In this document: positions 38,645 through 52,869 of the stretch, piece after piece
How the letters are laid out: the number at the start of each line of letters is the position of its first letter
Numbering within the stretch: position 1 is the first letter of the stretch
From: Eledone cirrhosa
Taxonomy: Eukaryota
Length of the DNA: 64,000 nucleotides
Assembly (NCBI GenBank): GCA_964016885.1
Contig: OZ024753.1
Span: forward strand, 35,774,001 to 35,838,000
Direction: 5' to 3'
The notes under the pieces: model-generated
What the model saw: only the letters and a program-made list of their open reading frames with translations
Told to the model about the DNA's origin: nothing
Database searches by the model: none
Translations under genes and position numbers: made by a program

Positions 38645-39567
38645 ATTGCTCCCAAGTTACATTCCAGTCACAAATCTAATACTGGAAAAGTTAATTATAT
38701 TATATTAATTACTAAACCCATCTAAATTTGTGGTTATCTTAAAAATTATTTGAAACACATAATGTTTTTTTCATTGTAACAAAAGAGTTAAAATTATATC
38801 ACCCCCCCCCCCCCCCCCACCCCAAAAAAACCAATGGTAGTTTTACTCAAAGATTTCTTCCAATTGTAAGAATTGGCAAATACATCAAACCCGTGCCAAC
38901 ATAGGACCATTGGTGTGAAATTGAAAAGTCAATTAGCAATTAACTTCAGATTCAATGTTAAATGGTTAATTAATGTTACAAAAACCATTCAGTCATTAAA
39001 CACTTGCTCTAAAAATTTATGAAAGAGTGTAAATTTGGTAGAAGCAGCCAAGCAGAGATTGTAAAAATACACACAACAGAAGCATACACAAAAACCTACT
39101 ACTAGCATGGACAAATGGACGTTAAACAATGATGTTGTTGATGATGGTGATGATGATGATGTGAAAGAGAGAAGAAAAAACAAATGTAATCTTTGCTGTA
39201 GTTCAAAATAAGAAGTATAAGACATCATATTACATATTAACCCTTTTGTTACTGCATTTCTAAAGACAGACACTCCCTTACATTAGCAAGACATTCTTCA
39301 AAAGTATAAAACAGTACTATGACTGCAACACATTAAAAAGTCTATACTTTAGTGCAAATTTTCATACAATCTATCCACTAGTTTTTTTGTTGTATTTTTC
39401 ATTTTTTTTATTGATTTTTTTAAGATCCTAGACCTTATTTGCTTACTGACTGGGGTGGAATTTGTTAAATTGAACCAAGGAAACAATGTTTCCATTGGTC
39501 TTTCTATTGCTGATACTATCTACCGGTTGCAACTCCTGGCAGAAAGATGAACATGAAATAAAAATAC

Positions 39568-40415
39568 TACAAGGGCCAGCTGAAAAGTTCATAGACTGAC
39601 TATGAAGGAGTGATGCTAGAGCTGTGAAATCTTACATGCATTAATTTCAATTCTTCTTATTAACAACTGCATTGTTTCTTTTCAGTGACTCATTTCATTT
39701 TACGTCCGCTTTTTCCCTGCTTGCAAGGGTGGGACGGGAACTGATTCTGGCTTAATTTCTACAGCTGGATGCCCTTCCTAACACCAACCTCATTTACAGT
39801 GAGTGCTGGGTGCTTTTTTGCCGTGGCACCTCCATGACCACTTTGCAGTGGAATGATATGGACCCCAGTCCCTATCATCTCATTTCTACAGCTGAGTAAA
39901 CTGGAGCAATGTGAAATAAAGTGTCTTGCTCAAGGAAACAACACATCACCCGGTCTGAGAATTGAACTCACAACCTTGCGATTGCAAGGCCAATCTCTAA
40001 CCACTAAGCCATGTGCCTCCATGCTGAAAAATAAATGTGACTATGTTGAAAAATAAATCTCCCTTGGTCATTTCATGAAAGTATTGCAGTCATAGGCTGA
40101 CTAAGGAGGAGTGATGCTAGAACTGTGAAATCTTACATGCATTACTTTCAATTCTTATTAAAACTGCATTGTTTCTTTCCAGGGACTATATTGAAAAATA
40201 AACCTCATTTGGTCATTCCATGAAAGTATTGCGGTCATAGACTGACTATGAAGGAGTGATGTTAGAGCTGTGAAATCTTACATGCATTAATTTCAATTCT
40301 TCTTATTAATAACTGCATTGTTTCTTTCCAGGGACTATGTTGAAAAATAAACCTCCTTTGGTCATTCCATGAGAGTATCTCGGTCAGCCTCTGAACTTTT
40401 CAGCCTATCTATGTA
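39568..40415. mobile_element. Mariner-type MITE with internal repeats, interrupted by SINE B
   Basis: TACAAGGGCCAGCTGAAAAGTTCA left end, TGAACTTTTCAGC right end; three internal ~150-bp repeats. Confidence 0.78.
39691..40020 (-). mobile_element. SINE family B, full length
   Basis: Reverse-complement match to 62467-62814. Confidence 0.9.
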
Positions 40416-40592
40416 TAAACATTTGAACAAACCTGTTTTTAGATATTTAGATATTTCATGTGATACCATTACAGCATGTTAAGAGTTAAGATGGAGGAGA
40501 TATTTTATAGAAAACATCAGCAAAAAACAATCTTTTGTAGCTTGAACATAAAATTATGTAAAAACACATTTTTGTTGGTAATCTATGGCGGC

Positions 40593-40891
40593 ATGGATGA
40601 TGATGATGATGATGATGATGACGACTGTGGTGCTAATGATGATGATGATGATGATGACTGTGGTGCTAATGTTGATGATGATGATGATGATGGTGGTCAT
40701 GTTGTTGGTGATGACTGTGGTGGAGATGATGGCGATTAAGACAGTGGTGGTGGTGGTGGTGATGGTGATGATGTTGTTGGTGATGATGATGATGATGGTC
40801 ATGTTGTTGGTGACGACTGTGGTGGTGATGATGATGATGATGATGATGATGGCGATAGTGGTGGTGATGACGATGACGACGATGATGATGG

Positions 40892-40940
<49 letters not shown>

Positions 40941-42530
40941 AGTCGTGTTGTTGATGATGACAGTGGTGGTGATGATGATGGCATTGATGGGGGTTTTGGT
41001 GATGGTGAAGGTGATGCTGGTGGTGATGGTGAAGCTGGTGGTGGTGGTGAAGGAGGTGGTGGTGATGGTGAAGGTGATGCTGGTGGTGATGGTGAGGCTG
41101 GTGGTGAAGGAGGTGGTGGTGGTGGTGGTGATGGTGAAGGAGGTGAAAGTGAGGCTGGTGGTGGTGGTGAAGGAGGTGGTGGTGATGGTGAAGCTGGTGG
41201 TGGTGGTGAAGGAGGTGGTGGTGATGGTGAAGGTGATGCTGGTGGTGATGGTGAGGCTGGTGGTGGTGGTGATGGTGAAGGAGGTGGTGGTGATGGTGAA
41301 GGTGATGCTGGTGGTGATGGTGAGGCTGGTGGTGGTGGTGGTGGTGAAGGAGGTGGTGGTGATGGTGAAGGTGATGCTGGTGGTGATGGTGAAGCTGGTG
41401 GTGGTGGTGAGGGAGGTGATGGTGATGGTGGTGGTGATGGTGAGGCTGGTGGTGGTGGTGAAGGAGGTGGTGGTGATGGTGAAGGTGATGCTGGTGGTGA
41501 TGGTGAAGCTGGTGGTGGTGGTGAGGGAGGTGATGGTGATGGTGGTGGTGATGGTGAGGCTGGTGGTGGTGGTGAAGGAGGTGGTGGTGATGGTGAAGGT
41601 GATGCTGGTGGTGATGGTGAAGCTGGTGGTGGTGGTGAGGGAGGTGATGGTGATGGTGGTGGTGATGGTGAGGCTGGTGGTGGTGGTGAAGGAGGTGGTG
41701 GTGATGGTGAAGGTGATGCTGGTGGTGATGGTGAAGCTGGTGGTGGTGGTGAAGGAGGTGGTGGTGATGGTGAAGGTGATGCTGGTGGTGATGGTGAGGC
41801 TGGTGGTGGTGGTGAAGGAGGTGGTGGTGATGGTGAAGGTGATGCTGGTGGTGATGGTGAAGCTGGTGGTGGTGGTGAAGGAGGTGGTGGTGATGGTGAA
41901 GGTGATGCTGGTGGTGATGGTGAGGCTGGTGGTGAAGGAGGTGGTGGTGGTGGTGGTGATGGTGAAGGAGGTGAAAGTGAGGCTGGTGGTGGTGGTGAAG
42001 GAGGTGGTGGTGATGGTGAAGCTGGTGGTGGTGGTGAAGGAGGTGGTGGTGATGGTGAATGTGATGCTGGTGGTGATGGTGAAGCTGGTGGTGGTGGTGA
42101 AGGAGGTGGTGGTGATGGTGAAGGTGATGCTGGTGGTGATGGTGAGGCTGGTGGTGGTGGTGGTGGTGAAGGAGGTGGTGGTGATGGTGAAGGTGATGCT
42201 GGTGGTGATGGTGAGGCTGGTGGTGGTGGTGGTGGTGAAGGAGGTGGTGGTGATGGTGAAGGTGATGCTGGTGGTGATGGTGAAGCTGGTGGTGGTGGTG
42301 AGGGAGGTGATGGTGATGGTGGTGGTGATGGTGAAGGAGGTGAAAGTGAGGCTGGTGGTGGTGAGGGAGGTGAAGGTGAGGTTGGTGGTGAAGGTGATGC
42401 AGGTGGTGATGGTGGTGGTGGTGAGGTTGGTGGTGAAGGTGATGCTGATGGTGGTGGTGATGCTGGTGATGCTGGTGGTGATGGTGAAGGTGATGCTGGT
42501 GATAATGGATATGATGGCAATGATGATTTT
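40593..42530. repeat. Triplet-phased GAT/GGT/GAA minisatellite
   Basis: Higher-order unit GGTGATGGTGAAGGTGATGCTGGTGGTGATGGTGA(A/G)GCT(GGT)nGAAGGA. Confidence 0.9.
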
Positions 42531-42640
42531 AGGACTGACAGATGTTGATCAGTCTAATCAATGAGTGATCCATAATAATTGTTTCAGGCAAAAGATGGAA
42601 GTGTGTATGTTTAAAAAAATATACACATACATACATACAC

Positions 42641-42673
<33 letters not shown>

Positions 42674-42682
42674 TATATATAT

Positions 42683-42714
<32 letters not shown>

Positions 42715-43149
42715 GTACACACACACACACATATATATATATATACATATATAGACACACACACATATATATATACATATATAGACACACACACACACAC
42801 ACATACCTATACATACATATATATATAGACACACACACACACATATATTTATATATATACATATATGTAGCTTAAAATAAAATAGTAAAAGTTAGGAAAA
42901 ATATTTGCCTTTGAAGAAGATGAAAGTGAAGCAATCGTTTGACGTATAAACAAGTTCTATTTTATGACATGGTGTATATCAATATTGCTTTAGCAAATAC
43001 GTCAATATGTTAGCTAACTTTATCTTTTTACACAATGATTGATATTTTAATTATTGTTATTTTTAGTTTTTTTACTTCAACTCGATTACCAGCTAACATA
43101 TTTCAACACACCTCCCTTGTTTTCCTCAGAGGTAACACATTGCTCTTTC

Positions 43150-43500
43150 TACATTCTGTCCTCTGCTGCGACCACAAGGCAGCTTTACATTCTGTCCTCT
43201 GCTGCGACCACAAGGCAGCTTGTGTCAAGGGCTCTGTATGCCCAGAGAGCATATCTCTCTACAGTCTGTCCTCTGCTGCGACCACAAGGCAGCTTGTGTC
43301 AAGGGCTCTGTATGCCCAGAGAGCATATCTCTCTACAGTCTGTCCTCTGCTGCGACCACAAGGCAGTTTGTGTCAATGGCTCTGTATGCCAAGAGCATAT
43401 CTCTCTACATTCTGTCCTCTGCTGCGACCACAAGGCAGCTTGTGTCAAGGGCTCTGTATGCCAAGAGCATATCTCTCTACATTCTGTCCACTCCTGGGAC
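43150..43500. repeat. 72-74-bp tandem repeat; diverged extra copy at ~43650-43760
   Basis: CTCTGCTGCGACCACAAGGCAG at 43161, 43197, 43271, 43345, 43417. Confidence 0.92.
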
Positions 43501-44146
43501 CATGTCTGCCAGCGCATGAGCTCCCATTTGTTCACAATAGTGAGAGATGGGGAGAGACGGGGCAGTGGGAGTTTGGTTCGTTTGTGTTTAGAGCTGTTGT
43601 ATATATTTGTATATAAGAGAAAATGAGACTTAAACAAAGAAAACCAAAGAGGCTCTGTATGCAAGAGAGCATTTCTCTCCATTCTGTCCCCTGCTGGGAC
43701 CACAAGGCAGATTATGTCAGGGGTTCTGTATGCCAGAGAGCAAGAGCCTTCCCCTCTACATTGTCTAAGTATGTATCACTGGAAGTAGTTGATAGTATAG
43801 ATTGCTGATATTTATGCTTTCACACACATTAACTACACACTTTGATTATAGAAACAGTCATTTAACATCTCTTATTGATAGCTTTTCATGACGAGCTACT
43901 TGCTGATACACTTCTCTCTCTCTCTCTTCTCTTTCTCTTTTGTGTTAACTATCTATTTTGACATATTGATTTCTAATTTAAGCACAAGGTCAGCAAATTT
44001 AAGAGAAAGGGCAAAATTGATTAAATCAATCTTAGTACTTGACTGATACTTTGTTTTATCGACCCTGGAAGGGTTGTGTTGTGTTCTTGAACAAAACACT
44101 TCATTTCACTTTGATCCAGTATACTCAGCTGAGGTTTAACTGGAGT

Positions 44147-44361
44147 TTAACCATTTAACATTTACATTACTCTACATTTTCTATTATATTTTCATGGTAA
44201 AGGCTTTACCTCACATAATATCAAATCTATGAGATTTTGATATTATTTATTTTGAGACCAATACCTTAACATAAATATGAGTGGCCGGTTACAGCCGGTT
44301 TGAACAGAAAGAGGTGAGAGGATTCTGGTCAGATACGGCTGGTTTAAATGCTAAAGGGTTA
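44147..44361. mobile_element. piggyBac-type MITE inserted at a TTAA in a SINE D copy
   Basis: SINE D sequence GTTTAA|CC.TGCAATGGACT is split by the MITE (compare 30244-30262). Confidence 0.82.
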
Positions 44362-44709
44362 CCCTTGCAATGGACTTGCATCCTGTCCAGGGGGAACTCT
44401 TGTCTTCCCAGTCGCTTAATGCCAGAGAAATCTAGTGGACAGATCTTTGTGAAAATTTGCAGAATGAAAGTAAAGACGTAAATTTTTAATGTGATGTTTT
44501 CACAGTGCTTTATACTTTTCAAGACTGTCTTGTTAATGTGGAGGTGTGTGGCCTAGTAGTAAAGGGTGTTGGGCTTATGTAGGTTCCACTACTACCACTA
44601 CCACCACCACCACCACCACCACCACGACTACTACTACCACCACCACCACCACTACTACTACCACCCCACCACTACATTCTATTATTTATTACAGAGAGAG
44701 AGAGAGAGA

Positions 44710-44748
<39 letters not shown>

Positions 44749-44819
44749 TAGTTTATGATGTTAAATTTAGTTTATTATAACAGTTTTTGTCATAACAACA
44801 GAAATCCCTCCTTGCTAGC

Positions 44820-44971
44820 AGCAGCATACCACCACCACCACCATCACCAGCACCAGCAATAGCACCACCACCAGCACCACCACCACCACCACCACCATCA
44901 CCACTACCACCATCACCATCACCACCAGCACCACCACCACCACCATCACCAGCACCAGCAATAGCACCACC

Positions 44972-45004
<33 letters not shown>

Positions 45005-45037
45005 ACCACCACTACCACCATCAGCACCACCACCACC

Positions 45038-45070
<33 letters not shown>

Positions 45071-45265
45071 ACCAGCACCAGCAATAGCACCACCACCATC
45101 ACCAGCACCAGCAATAGCACCACCACCACCACCACCATCACCACCACCACCACCACCATCACCACCACCACCACCACCATCACCACCACCATCACTACCA
45201 CCACCAGCACCACCACCAGCACCACCACCAGCACCACCACCACCACCACCAGCACCACCACCACC

Positions 45266-45323
<58 letters not shown>

Positions 45324-45538
45324 CCATCACCACCACCACCACCACCAGCACCACCACCACCACCACCATCACCACCACCACCAGCACCACCACCACCAGC
45401 AGCATCACCACCACCACCACCACCAGCACCATCACCATCACCATCACCACCACCACCACCACCACCACCATCACCACCACCACCACCACCATCACCACCA
45501 CCACCACCAGCACCATCACCACCACCACCAGCACCACC

Positions 45539-45569
<31 letters not shown>

Positions 45570-45652
45570 GCAGCATCACCACCACCACCAGCACCACCAC
45601 CAGCACCATCACCACCACCACCACCACCACCACCAGCACCATCACCACCACC

Positions 45653-45683
<31 letters not shown>

Positions 45684-45800
45684 GCACCACCACCACCACC
45701 AGCAGCATCACCAGCACCATCACCACCACCACCACCACCACCACCACCACCACCACCACCACCACCACCAGCACCATCACCACCACCACCACCAGCAGCA
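44820..45800. repeat. (CCA)n/(GCA)/(TCA) triplet minisatellite (Gly/Ala/Asp frame on the - strand)
   Basis: Direct reading. Confidence 0.9.
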
Positions 45801-45879
45801 GAAGGTTCATAAAAACTACCAATAAAATACCAAATCAAAGAAATCATCAATTACACCTGAGATAAATAGCTTTATATAC

Positions 45880-46308
45880 TGTTGTTGTTGTTGTTCTGGT
45901 TGTTGTTGTTTGCAGGTGGTGGTGTTGATATTGTTGCCACTGTTATTGTTGTTATAGTAGTAGTAGTAGTAGTAGTGACTTTACTTACAATTACTCTAGT
46001 AGTAGTAGTAGTAGTGACTTTACTTACAATTACAGTAGTTGTAGTAGTAGTAGTAGTAGTAGTAGTGACTTTACTTACAATTACAGTAGTTGTAGTAGTA
46101 GTAATAGTAGTAGTTGCAGTAGTGACTTTACTTACAATCATTGTTTTTGTTGTAATAGTAGTAGTGACTTTACTTACAATCATTGTTTTTGTTGTAATAG
46201 TAGTAGTAGTAGTGACTTTACTTACAGTCATTGTCGTGGTAGTAGTAGTAGTAGTAATAGTAGTAGTTGCAGTAGTGACTTTACTTACAATCATTGTTTT
46301 TGTTGTAA

Positions 46309-46343
<35 letters not shown>

Positions 46344-46350
46344 ACAGTTG
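45880..46350. repeat. (GTA)n minisatellite punctuated by GTGACTTTACTTACA
   Basis: About 7 copies of the punctuating motif. Confidence 0.9.
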
Positions 46351-46943
46351 AAGTAGCCATATGATACCTAACTAAGATAGATGTATTTCATGGATATCAT
46401 TAGAGAATATAGTAAGAGATTTACTTGAAAAAAAATCAAACAACAACAAAACAACCCCAAAACAAACAAAAACAAAAAATAAAAATGTCTCACTGAATAC
46501 TCATAATTCAGAAGAGAAAGAAGAAGAGCAACAACAACAACATGACAAACACAGAAACATTTGTGTGTAGATTGCTTGCTATACACATATACACAATCAT
46601 ATACATACATACATACATAACAAAGTGCTTGTGTATATGATAAATAATAAATAGAGAGAGGGGGGAGTAGAGACAGAAAGAGAAGGAGAAGAGAGAGAGG
46701 GAGAGGAGAGAGGGAGAAGAGAGAGGGACAGGAGAGAAGGAGAGAGAGAGTCAGAGAAGCACCATCGACATTCAGGAAATTTCTATGAATATTTTTTTCT
46801 TATATTTTTGATGCCAACAAGTATATATTCTTGTAGAATTACTTTAACCACTCCATTACCATATTTCTAATGAAAGATATTGCCTTTCTATGATTTTTCA
46901 AATAATTTTGAAAATAATCAACACTTTTGAATGTTTAAAAGCG

Positions 46944-47508
46944 TTTAATGTTCAAACCGGCCAAAATTCTCTACCTTTTTCTGTTGAAACTGGCTGTAAC
47001 TGGTCACTCAAACTGATGTTAAGGTATTGTTCTCAAAATAAATACTTTCAAAATCTCATAGATTCGATATTATGTGAGATAATTATGTGAGATAAAGCAT
47101 TTACCATGAAACTATAATAGTATATATAGAGTAAAGAGTTAACCCTTTAGCATTTAAACTGGCTGTTCATACTTATGTTAAGGTATTGTTCTCAAAATAG
47201 ATAACAACAAAATCTCAGATTTGATATTATGTGAGATAATTATGTGAGGTAAAGCCTTTACCATGAAAATATAATAGTATATATAGAGTAATGTAAATGC
47301 TAAAGGGTTAAATAGGCTGTATCTGGTCACAATTCTCTCACCCCATTCTGTTCAAACTGGTCATAACCAACTGCTCGTACTTATGTTAAGGTATTGTTCT
47401 CAAAATAAATAATATCAAAATCTCGTTGATCCAATATTATGTGAAATAAAGTGTTTATCAAGAAAATACAATAGTAAATATAGAGTAATGTAAATACTAA
47501 AGGGCTAA
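46944..47508. mobile_element. Three tandem piggyBac-type MITE copies
   Basis: Middle copy 47139-47311 has TTAACCCTTTAGCATTTA / TAAATGCTAAAGGGTTAA ends; neighbours share the interior. Confidence 0.8.
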
Positions 47509-48196
47509 GGACTGAATCGCAGAACAGATTTTATGCGCAAAAACCAATTGGCAAGAGAGCCATAGGTAGCTCATGAGCAAAATGTCTGAATGATATCCAT
47601 AATCTTGGTTAGTCAGTCACACTTGGAGATCTAGCTGGATTATTTGGACACAGTGGCTTCTGATAGGACCCTTAGAACTGTGTATCTGAAGACTTTGCCC
47701 CTACAACCTTCTCAGGAGGAATAAGTAGGTGAAGAAGAAGAAGAATTAACCCTTTTCTGATACCAAACCATCCCCGGTTTTATGATACTGAGAAGCTGGT
47801 TTTAAAGTATTTATATTTAAATTTAAACCTCCCATAATTTTAAATTGGAACCTTTGTTAAGTTATGTTCCAAACATTAGCTTAACAATGACAAAGGTGGT
47901 CATGCTAGTAGTGTGATGTAATCATAGTAGTTTTGTCATAGCACCAACACTAGGGAGGCTGTGGGACATTGGCTCAACTAAAGAGCCTTCTCTACCCTAA
48001 GGGTGGGGAGATAGGAAGCATGATACCCCCCCCCCCCACACACACACGCATTAATAGATGAGATGTTACAAGGTCAGTAATATATCATCATCATCATACA
48101 TAGTTTTTCTATCTTCAGACAAACATTAACAACAACAACATCATCTATAAAAATGACTCCCACAGGGTCAGAACTGCCTCACCTGCATGAAATCAT

Positions 48197-48704
48197 GTAT
48201 ATATATACATATATATATATATGTGTATATATACATATACACACACACACATATATATACATATATATATATGTATATATACATATACACACACACACAC
48301 ATATATATGTATTTATACATATACACACATATATATATATGTATATATACATATACACACACACATATATATGTATTTATACATATACACACACACACAT
48401 ATATATATATGTATATATACATATACACACACACACATATATATGTATATATACATACACACACACATATATATGTATATATACATATACACTCACACAT
48501 ATATGTATTTATACATATACACACACACACACATATATATATGTATATATACATATACACACACACACATATATATGTATATATACATACACACACACAC
48601 ACATATATGTGTGTATATATACATATACACACACACACATATATATATGTATATATACATACACACACACACACATATATATGTATATATACATATACAC
48701 ACAC

Positions 48705-48737
<33 letters not shown>

Positions 48738-48746
48738 CACACACAC

Positions 48747-48779
<33 letters not shown>

Positions 48780-48983
48780 CACACACACATATATATATAT
48801 ATGTATATATACATATACACACGCACATATATATGTATATATACATATACACACACACACATATATATGTATATATACATATACACACACACACATATAT
48901 GTGTATATATACATATACACACACATATATATACACAAATGTATACATATATGTATATAAACATATACATATATATACATATA

Positions 48984-49037
<54 letters not shown>
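48197..49037. repeat. (TA)/(CA) compound array
   Basis: Direct reading. Confidence 0.95.
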
Positions 49038-49040
<3 letters not shown>

Positions 49041-49262
49041 TTTACTCAGCTGTAGAAATGAGATGATAGAGACTGGGGTCCCTATCATTCCACTGCAAAG
49101 TGGTCGTGGAGGTGCCACGAAAAAAAGGCACCCAGCACTCACTGTAAATGAGGTTGGTGTTAGGAAGGGCATCCAGCTGTAGAAATCAAGCCAGAATCAG
49201 TTCCCGTCCCACCCTTGCAAGCAGGGAAAAAGCGGACGTAAAATGAAATGATGATGATGATG

Positions 49263-49264
<2 letters not shown>
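49038..49264 (+). mobile_element. SINE family B, 5'-truncated
   Basis: Starts in the CORE-like domain, ends with the RTE-1a tail. Confidence 0.88.
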
Positions 49265-49295
<31 letters not shown>

Positions 49296-49328
49296 TACAT
49301 ACATACATGTGTGTGTACATCATCATGA

Positions 49329-49389
<61 letters not shown>

Positions 49390-49409
49390 TATATATATCA
49401 TATATATAT

Positions 49410-49466
49410 ATGAGATTCCTGATGATTTCTAAAGAATGAAACAGTTCTAGTCCTGTAGAATCTCAT
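49410..49466 (+). ncRNA. Type I hammerhead ribozyme (family H4)
   Basis: AUGAGAUUC-CUGAUGA-uUUCuaaaGAAu-GAAA-CAG uucuaguc CUG-UA-GAAUCUCAU: 9-bp stem I, 3-bp stem III, GUA site; stem II is weak. Confidence 0.7.
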
Positions 49467-49590
49467 CTATATTAAAACTTTTATACTCTGCAATGTATTG
49501 AGTACCTTACTTACTGTGGTTACCTCCGATTCAACCCGGAATAACGTACTTTTTAGCACTCTCTGTGCCCCCTTATAACCATCATCAAGA

Positions 49591-49632
<42 letters not shown>

Positions 49633-50144
49633 ATATAATATAATATATAAATATATATATATAAATATATATATGTATAATATTTATATTATATTATATG
49701 ATATTATATTATATCATGCAAAAAGTCATGTTTGTTGGTTGTTAGGTCAGATTGCACATTGGAACGGCTGGAGCTTAGGAGAGAGCGAGAGTTCTTGTGT
49801 TGTTCTGACACAAGAATAAGTATAGTAATACAATAAAACTGATATCTATTGGCTTAAAACAGGGTTAGATCTCTTCCAATGCCTCCTTCCTATGCTTAAA
49901 TACAAGCTGATCTAAGGAATGATTCAAATCTGCCTTTGTTTATGACTCATCAGACATAGCTCTGTGAGTGAAGAGAGAAGAGAGAAGATTGTTGTAATAA
50001 TGAACCAGTGCTGCTGTCCCATATTGGTTTGTCACCACTAGACAACACAGTGTGATCCTTGCTGAACTTCTGAGGGGAGAGATATAATATTAATAATAAA
50101 GGTAATGATAATAGTAATAATAATAATATCATATTTTATTAATA

Positions 50145-51255
50145 CTGCCACCATAACCATTGCTACCACCATTACTATTGCTACTATCACCACAACCACT
50201 ACTTACCACAACCACTACTACTATCACCATTACCACAATCATCACCACTGCCACCACAACCATCACCACCACCACAATTGCCCTTCCCACACTACTATTA
50301 CTACTACCACCACAACCGCCACTACTATCACCATTACCACTATCATCACCACTGCCACCACAACCATCACCACCACCACAATTGCCCTTCCCACACTACT
50401 ATTACTACTACCATCACCACCACTACTACTATCACCATTACCACTATCACCATCGCCACCACCATGATTGCCCTTCCCACACTACTATTACTACTACCAC
50501 CACAACCACTACTTACCATCACCACCACTACTACTATCACCATTACCACAATCATCACCACTACCACCATCGCCACCACCATGATTGCCCTTCCCACACT
50601 ACAACCACCACTGCCACCACCACCATCACCATCACCATCATCCATCCCCACCACTGCCACCACCACCACCACCATCACTACCACGACCACTACTACTACC
50701 ACCACCATCCCTCCCATACTACTACCATTGCCACAACCATCACCACCATCACTACTACTACCATTACCACAATCATCACTACTACCACTATTACTACTAC
50801 CACCACTACCATCACCGCCATCACCGCCATCACCACCACTACTTCTAGCACCACCATCACCACTACTACTACCATTACCACCACAACCATCACCACCATT
50901 ACAACTATCACCACTACCATCACCACTACTACTACCATTACCACCACCACCATCACCACCATTACCACAACTATCACCACCACCACCACCACTACCACCA
51001 CCATCACCACCACTACTACTACTACCACCACCATCATCACTACTACTACCACCACCATCACCACTACTACTACCATTACCACCACAACCATCACCACCAT
51101 TACCACAACTATCACCACCACCACTACCACCACCATCACCACCACTACTACTACTACCACCACCATCACCACTACTACTACCATTACCACCACAATCATC
51201 ACCACCACTACTACTACTGCTACCACCACCACCACCACCACTACTACCATTACTG
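50145..51255. repeat. (CCA)/(CTA)/(TCA) degenerate triplet array
   Basis: Direct reading. Confidence 0.9.
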
Positions 51256-51849
51256 TTCCTAACAAACTAATTAGTGATAATTAAACAACAGAAGAAAGCA
51301 ATGACTGGTGATAGACATTAGATATAACACTTTCTTTACCATATTTCTAATGAAAGACGTTGCTTATTTTCAATTAATTTAAAGAATAATCAAGAATTTG
51401 GAGGTATTTAGTAACATAACTAACTTTCTCATGATTAACCCTTTCAATATCATATTTCTAATGATATACATTCTATCTTAATTAGTAAATGAAGAATTTT
51501 GAAGGATTTACTAAAATTATCGATTATTTCATTACGTAGATTGTAACTTAATATAAAGTTGTTATATAAAATTATTTTGGAAGATTTTAATTTAAACAGA
51601 AAACTCTTTAAAATGAGTGACTTTATTTCATAGAATCAGAGCTGGTTTTGGCCAACTTGGTAACTAAAGGGTTAAGCTGTTGTTTGGAGCATAAAGTTTT
51701 AATGTGATGCAGTCATAGTGCTGAAACTTTTCAAGAATGTCTTGCTAATATGGTTTCATGTGGTTTGTTAATTAAAATGTTTATAGTATCTTTAGTAGCT
51801 GAGAGATCATTGTGAAAATTTCCACTATTTCAGTAAAGACTTATATATT

Positions 51850-52038
51850 TAATTGTTTCTACTTTAGGCACAAGACCAGCAATTACCCAGTACATTACTG
51901 GTACTTTATTTTATCGACCCCGTAAGGATGAAAGGCAAAGTTAACCTCGACGAGATTTGAACTCAGACCGTAAAGGGACGTAACTATGCTGGAAAGCATG
52001 GCGTCCGACTCTCTACCGATACTGCCAATCCACCGCCC
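51850..52038 (-). mobile_element. SINE family A, full length
   Basis: Reverse-complement match; flanking duplication TTATATATTTAAT. Confidence 0.92.
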
Positions 52039-52869
52039 TTATATATTTAATGGAATGCAGTCATAGTGCTGAAACTTTTCAAGAATGTCTTGCTAATGTG
52101 GTTTCATGTGGTACAGAATGTTAAGAGTTAAACTGCTAACATCAACATCAACATCAACCACAATAACAAAACATACAAGCTCCTCTGGTAAACAGTTCAC
52201 ACTAACATCTACCTAAATTTGCACAACCACTGTTCTTAGAATCAAACAATAAATGTAAAAACATTTAAATAATTCTATTAGATAATAGAAATCAGGAAAG
52301 GCAATAAATGTGAGATAAAAGAAGAAAAGAATACAAAAATATCTAAAAAGAGATTAAAAAATAATAATAGTGACAGACACAAATAAAGATTTATTGCTTA
52401 GAATTTTTTCAATCCAAAAGTATTTTTATATCATTATTTCCATGAAATAGTCAATTCGTTGTACATAATTTTAGACAAGACGTGCTAGTCTAGCTATTGA
52501 AACAGATAGAGAGAGAATGATAGACAGGTAGGGAGATGGATGGATAGATTGATAGATAGATAGATAGCTAGGGAGATGAATAGATGGATAGGCAGACAGA
52601 TAGACAACTGGATAGATAGATGAATTTCTATTTATTTGCCACGAGGGCACAAAAGAAAGGGACATATACAGGGGGGGGGGGGGGGGGGGCGGAGTTTACA
52701 TATAAATCGAGTAAACAAAAATGTAATAACAAATAAAATTAAAACAAAAAGGTCCTCAATAGGGAGGGATCGTTTTTGGAGTCACACACACCCCGAAAAA
52801 AAAATGTGCGACCCTTCTCTACGGGAGCACAAAGAGAGGGTGCTCCCTTCTTCCTTCATCCTTTTCCAC

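Noticed and set aside
40799-42520. 573-aa extensin-like Ser/Pro ORF and 659-aa Val/Met ORF
   Set aside because: Alternative frames of one triplet minisatellite, with no unique domain
43035-43626. Cys-rich repeat protein
   Set aside because: 74-bp units shift the frame, so the same peptides appear in all three frames
45872-51284. Thr-rich mucin-like ORFs
   Set aside because: Triplet repeat translations on opposite strands with no supporting gene structure
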